From Alloascoidea hylecoeti (taxonomy: Eukaryota), in NCBI GenBank assembly GCA_001600815.1, contig BCKZ01000021.1, forward strand, positions 1 through 64,000: DNA of 64,000 nucleotides. Direction: 5' to 3'. Shown here piece by piece: positions 58,970 through 64,000 of this stretch (within the stretch, counting starts at the first letter, position 1; every line of letters starts with the position of its first letter). The notes below the pieces were generated by a model. The model was not told the DNA's origin. It did not search any database and saw only the letters and a program-made list of their open reading frames with translations. The translations under genes were made by a program, and so were the position numbers.

Positions 58970-60898
58970 ATGAAAATTAGCCCCCAAACCCCAATGAAAA
59001 CTGCAGCATTATGGACGGTTGAGCTAGCTTACTCTAGATCGTTGAGCAGAGTAAACCGACAGCTTTTCAGTACCGGGAATGTCATCAAACGCACACTAAT
59101 ACATTTCACTAACCAAAATCACTTAGAAAATGATGAAAATTTAGATTTTGAAACTCCAAGTTCTGGAAGCCGATCTGTTTGGTCGGCTTTGGATCATGCT
59201 CTACCTCCCTCTTCACCACCGGTTATAACTCGCTACACAGCTATTGGTAACACTAATTTGAGAGCATCGGACCATTCGATCGTCGAAAGTACCAGTTATA
59301 AACTTAAGAAATTGAAGTCGATATTAGATCATCTGAATAGAACTCCATCAGATTTAATGACAACCGAAAAAGCTTGGACCGATTTAATATCTGCTTGCAA
59401 CACATATGAAGACTTAGCAGAGACAGAGACTAAAGTTAGGAAATCAGATACCACTTGTCTTATTCTACAAATATCAAAGTATTTACAATCAGCTAGCTCA
59501 AAAAATATCCCCGGTTTTGACCAACAAAAGATACAACTACTAAGGACTATTGGAAAAATTACAATGTACTTGGTCGCAAATACACAGCATACTGATATAT
59601 ATGGTGCTGCTAATTTATTAAAATGTTATATAAACTGTGATCAACTTTATTACGCCACAAGAGTTTGGAAAGAGATATTAAAAGAAAGTCCAAATAATGT
59701 CAATCTTAAGCCTTTTCAAACCTTTGAATCTGCTATAGTGTTGGTTAATGTTCTTATACAACAAGGGACAGATTGCGAGTCCTTAAAAGAGATCCATGAG
59801 CTTTCTTCAAAGTTAAGCATTGATACTAAATTGGATATTGAATTTCTTAATGGTTATTTACGTCTCAATGAGCCCAAAGAAGCTCTTAAATTATACAAAG
59901 ATATGAAAATCAAATCAAAATCAAAAGATCTTAAGTCTAAAACTAAACCAATTTTTGGGGCACATGTTTGTATGATTGAGAATTCTTCTGATTTGAATAT
60001 TTCTACTAGAATTTTAAATGAAGTTATGGATGAAGATGAGATTCCATTTTATTATCTTAATCCTAGAGTCATCATCAACTATATTTATAACTTAGAGATA
60101 TCCAATTCTGATGAACAAGTCTTAGAAGTAGTGAACGCTGTTACCCGATATATTTCAAATCCATCCTACGCACATTCTTTACTTCCTTCATTAATAAACA
60201 GTATAAATGAAGTGCTTGTAAAAAGATATATTGCTTGCAAGCCAAAATTATCAGACCACACCGTAAATGGTATACTAAATATAATCGAAATATACAAATC
60301 AAAATGCAATGACAACGTAACTTCAGATATTATTTCTTTGTTTATGTTCCATTCTAGTGATCTTGATGATAGGATAATTGGTATACTTCAAAGAAAATTA
60401 TTTGAATATAATTTGAAACCAACTGCTTTATTTTCAGCAGGTATATTAAGACATTACAGAACTATGGATATATCTGAGGATGATTTATTAAAAGAATGGC
60501 TATCAATTGTTACAAAACTTGATGAGAATAATCATAAATCAATCCCAGAAGAGTTTATAACTGTTCTTTCCGAATGTTGTTTACGAAATAATGATACCGA
60601 ATTTGAGGGTCCCAATTCTTTTAGAAAAATCTTTTTTTTAAAAGTATGGAAGAACTATTTTCGTTTTATGAATATGCCTCCTGATATCCTTGAGTGCATT
60701 ACAATTTATGATAAAAAGATTGCTGATTTAATCATTCAAAGTCCTGATCTAACTAATTCTAAAAATTTATCTCTAAATCTAGATCCAATGGTAGCTCCTA
60801 ATTTTAAGAATATTACAGCAAAAAATGCTGAAAATTTAAGGATTATGAAGAAATATGCAAATAACTTTAAAAACGTAGGTAAATATAAGAAATTGTAA
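58970..60898 (+). CDS. Mitochondrial PPR-like protein, Rmd9/YBR238C-like (divergent)
   Basis: Helical repeats; YGAANLL, ALKLY, HVCMIENSSDL, LLKEWLSIVTKLDE align by eye with Rmd9. Confidence 0.65.
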   Translation: MKISPQTPMKTAALWTVELAYSRSLSRVNRQLFSTGNVIKRTLIHFTNQNHLENDENLDFETPSSGSRSVWSALDHALPPSSPPVITRYTAIGNTNLRASDHSIVESTSYKLKKLKSILDHLNRTPSDLMTTEKAWTDLISACNTYEDLAETETKVRKSDTTCLILQISKYLQSASSKNIPGFDQQKIQLLRTIGKITMYLVANTQHTDIYGAANLLKCYINCDQLYYATRVWKEILKESPNNVNLKPFQTFESAIVLVNVLIQQGTDCESLKEIHELSSKLSIDTKLDIEFLNGYLRLNEPKEALKLYKDMKIKSKSKDLKSKTKPIFGAHVCMIENSSDLNISTRILNEVMDEDEIPFYYLNPRVIINYIYNLEISNSDEQVLEVVNAVTRYISNPSYAHSLLPSLINSINEVLVKRYIACKPKLSDHTVNGILNIIEIYKSKCNDNVTSDIISLFMFHSSDLDDRIIGILQRKLFEYNLKPTALFSAGILRHYRTMDISEDDLLKEWLSIVTKLDENNHKSIPEEFITVLSECCLRNNDTEFEGPNSFRKIFFLKVWKNYFRFMNMPPDILECITIYDKKIADLIIQSPDLTNSKNLSLNLDPMVAPNFKNITAKNAENLRIMKKYANNFKNVGKYKKL

Positions 60899-62989
60899 AT
60901 AGAAATGTTTTGTTTTAAACAGCTGTAATTAGTGAATAGACGCGTATCATATATTATTATAACTACTTCGAATCGATTACGATCGATTTTAGGATTGATA
61001 GTGTTATGTAGGTTACAAGTATCAATGTATGAAAACCTGCACAATCATATACAAATATAATTAGTATATAAGGAATTCTGGGGACGCAGGCTCCCAAAAT
61101 TCAGTTCACACAAATCATAAAACTAATACCGATACTATATGAGACTCCAAATGTTTGATTTCATCATTCTTGATTGTTCCATACATGGTCATCGAGTTTT
61201 TCTGGCACTGGGTTAATGAATATAATTGAGAACTGTATCTTAATATTATTTGTAATTATAATGATAAGCTTGAATAAAAAAAATAACAATTGTATTATTG
61301 CAATAATACTTATGATGTGGTCACAATGGAAAGAATCACACAATTAATTATAGGCAATAGATTAAAAAATCATACACAGAAATTCACAAATATTGATTGC
61401 GGTTATCTAGTTAAAGGAGGCTAACTTTCCCGTAGAATTAAGATTCTCAATAATCGATAAATTATGCCTCTTGAACTGCTATCGAACGATTCCCAATATA
61501 TTTAACACAGATATCTACACTAACAAAACTACAACATTTTAGTGACTGAGTGAGGCCTAGTCTACGCAATATATATGTATCTTTGATAGTAGCTTAAACA
61601 CAACATAATGATTTTGAGATGAAATTTTGGTGTTTTTAGGAACTTGAACAGAAATGCTTTCGCCGGGATCTGCTCCAAGTTTTGCCCGTTTATTTGAGAA
61701 ATTACTTGTTGCTCTCCACCTTCGATATTATGTTTGTGTAAAAAATCAATGAACAGCTACTCGCCACTTATCCAATTGTCAGACAAGACAACCGCAGGTA
61801 TATTGTTTGTTATTTTCTCCCTAATTACATCTCCCAGCTCTGTATCCATAACATTCAGATTGCATTGCTTGAGTAATACTCATATAGATCCAAGAAGTCT
61901 ATTTCCCCAACTTGAAGTTTTAAGTAACAGTTATCATTCAAATGCAACAACTTTATTATGCCAATCCTTCTGTAGACATACTGTGATTTATCAAAAGTAA
62001 ACTCTAAGCATGCTTTCATATTCGAGAATGCAAGCATATAAAATTATACCAAACTTACCACATTGGTCAATTCGGACAATTACGTTTCTTTAATCACCGG
62101 CAGTAAGATCACAGGAAGCTTTCCCAAGTGATCATCCACAATGATAAGGAATAAATCTGGTTAAAAACTCGGCAATTACTCCTCATCAATCTCTTGGACG
62201 TATAATATTGGCAGCTATTCAGATTCTACAACTGCATTGATTTGTATTATGCATAAGTCTTATAGCTATAGTATGACAAGCATCAGATATGAAAAACGTT
62301 CCTTTATATTCCCAATCTGTTACACCGACTCATTGAACATCTTTTTCATTTATATAATATTACTATATGAGTCTGAGATGCTGTTTGGAATTTTTATAAG
62401 AGTGAGGATTGGCCGTTTGGCCAAAGAACTAACTAGAGGTTGTTAAGACTTCTCTTACCATATTAGGAGAAACCCTTTGTTCGTTAAAAACAAAAAGGAT
62501 ACTTAATTTCTTCAATGGGTAGTCAACTCGTGCCGTATAGAAATATTATTGTATATATATATATATGTGGATGTTATCTATAATGAAACTATATAAAGTT
62601 AAAGCTTGAAATTGCAGTTATAAGTTAAAAGAATAATATAATTTATTACCTATTCATTCATAATATTGTCAATCTCCGTTGAAATAATGAAGTACCTAAG
62701 GTTTATACTATGAGTATAACTTATTATAAGGTTTTATAACATGTTTTTCATATTATCATCACGCAATGTTCAATTTCAACTTAAAGTTCTAATTCCAGTA
62801 ATCATAAAGAATCTCGGAGTTCCATATTGGCAAAAATTTTTAAGATTGAACAAGAAAATCGATACCGTTAAAACACATACATGTACTATTAAAGGTTTTC
62901 TCTACTGTATCAATTGAAATTGCATAATTAACATATATCAGTGGATTATAACTCCTGTAATTACATACTTTTCCTCCTCTATTTTAGTT

Positions 62990-64000
62990 TCAGCCAATCC
63001 ATCCCTCAAACTCTTGGGGAAATAATTCATTTTCCCGCTTCTTATATCCAAGATCTTCCATTTCTTTAGTATATCGTCTACAATTATAAAATTGAACCAA
63101 TGCTCTTAGTGCAACTTCTTGTGGATAAGCATCTTCCAACTCCCCATTGATATCGCATCCCACTAGCCAATCATCCCGTAGTCCCAGTTTGCAATGAAGA
63201 TATACAGCCGATATCAGATCCATATTATTGCATTTCCATTTTCTGCCACTAAACGGGACAAGTTCTTTTACAATTGGTAAAACTGATGTCCAGAGATCAA
63301 CTTGATAAACACTTAATAATTTTCGAAAAGTATCTGAAGGTTTTAACTCCGCCAAAAAAATAATTCTCTGTGTCTTATTGTGCAAGCAGCTGTATAATGT
63401 TTTTAATAAATTAATTGAACTAAACATATATCTCCATGAAAAATTATCAATTTGATCAAATTTTGATTGATCAAAATCTAAAACACTATGATTATCCATT
63501 TGAGGATCTAATGCTATATCACTAGAAGAATTTGCCGATAATTCTCGACATACCATGAAAAAATCAAACTTTGGAACATCTAATATAGTCAGTGCCTTAT
63601 TCGAAACTGTCTGATTTGCAAAATATCTTAAAACAAGTAAAAAATATCTACAGTCGAATAACAACGAAGAAAAGTATTCAAACTTCAGAACGTGTGACAG
63701 TTTTAGCCATCTTGATAATTGATACAATACAGCAGATACTGTCTTTAAAGTGATTTCTTTGGCCCTTAGAATGTCAACTTTGTTTAAATCAAAATGAGGA
63801 CTAGTTGGCCTATTGGATATATACTCTGCAGATTTATCATTTTTAGGATCAACAGTAGTAGCATTCATTGTGCCAGAAACACTGGCTATAATTACTTTTA
63901 GCAAAACAACAACAAATGAGTTCATACAAGGTAAAGTAAGCCGATAGAACTTGTCTACTCGATTTAGAGCTTTTCTCTCTTTGTTATATTTAACAGTCGT
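62990..64000 (-). CDS. FAR11: Far11/STRIP C-terminal region; gene continues beyond the window
   Basis: RAKEITLKTVS, WLKLSHVLKFEY, GRKWKCNNMDLISAVYLHC, LRDDWL, QEVALRALVQFYN. Confidence 0.92.
   Translation of the reverse strand, partial: TTVKYNKERKALNRVDKFYRLTLPCMNSFVVVLLKVIIASVSGTMNATTVDPKNDKSAEYISNRPTSPHFDLNKVDILRAKEITLKTVSAVLYQLSRWLKLSHVLKFEYFSSLLFDCRYFLLVLRYFANQTVSNKALTILDVPKFDFFMVCRELSANSSSDIALDPQMDNHSVLDFDQSKFDQIDNFSWRYMFSSINLLKTLYSCLHNKTQRIIFLAELKPSDTFRKLLSVYQVDLWTSVLPIVKELVPFSGRKWKCNNMDLISAVYLHCKLGLRDDWLVGCDINGELEDAYPQEVALRALVQFYNCRRYTKEMEDLGYKKRENELFPQEFEGWIG

Noticed and set aside
16678..61044. Many short antisense or alternative-frame ORFs in the track
   Set aside because: They overlap well-supported genes and show no independent motifs
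61095..61172. Minus-strand ATGATGA...CTGA pair resembling a second C/D snoRNA
   Set aside because: Weak terminal stem, no clear C'/D' boxes and no recognisable target; compatible with chance in AT-rich DNA

Overview
Eukaryotic nuclear DNA from an intron-rich, AT-rich budding yeast (Saccharomycotina-like). It uses the standard genetic code (CTG at conserved Leu positions) and retains a complex I subunit and TRAPPC11. Bases 1-7950 are a gene-free, very AT-rich stack of decayed Ty1/copia LTR-retrotransposon 3' halves (RT/RNase H - 3'UTR - short LTR), nearly all in one orientation, with two internal inverted duplications and a (TTA)n gap. Bases 8.5-64 kb hold about 30 tightly packed housekeeping genes. 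Thirteen are homologues of genes flanking S. cerevisiae CEN3/CEN14 (GBP2, SGF29, PGS1, YCL002C, RER1, YCL012C, BUD3, NFS1, LEU2, SAT4, STP22, VMA9, SIS1), plus a probable LDB16, which suggests the retroelement nest is the centromere or pericentromere. The most novel signal is a box C/D snoRNA in the NFS1 intron whose D-box guide is complementary to the U6 snRNA internal stem-loop. It predicts U6 2'-O-methylation at the position equivalent to human C63, a modification not described for S. cerevisiae U6. Gene identities come from recognising protein motifs by eye; no database search was run.
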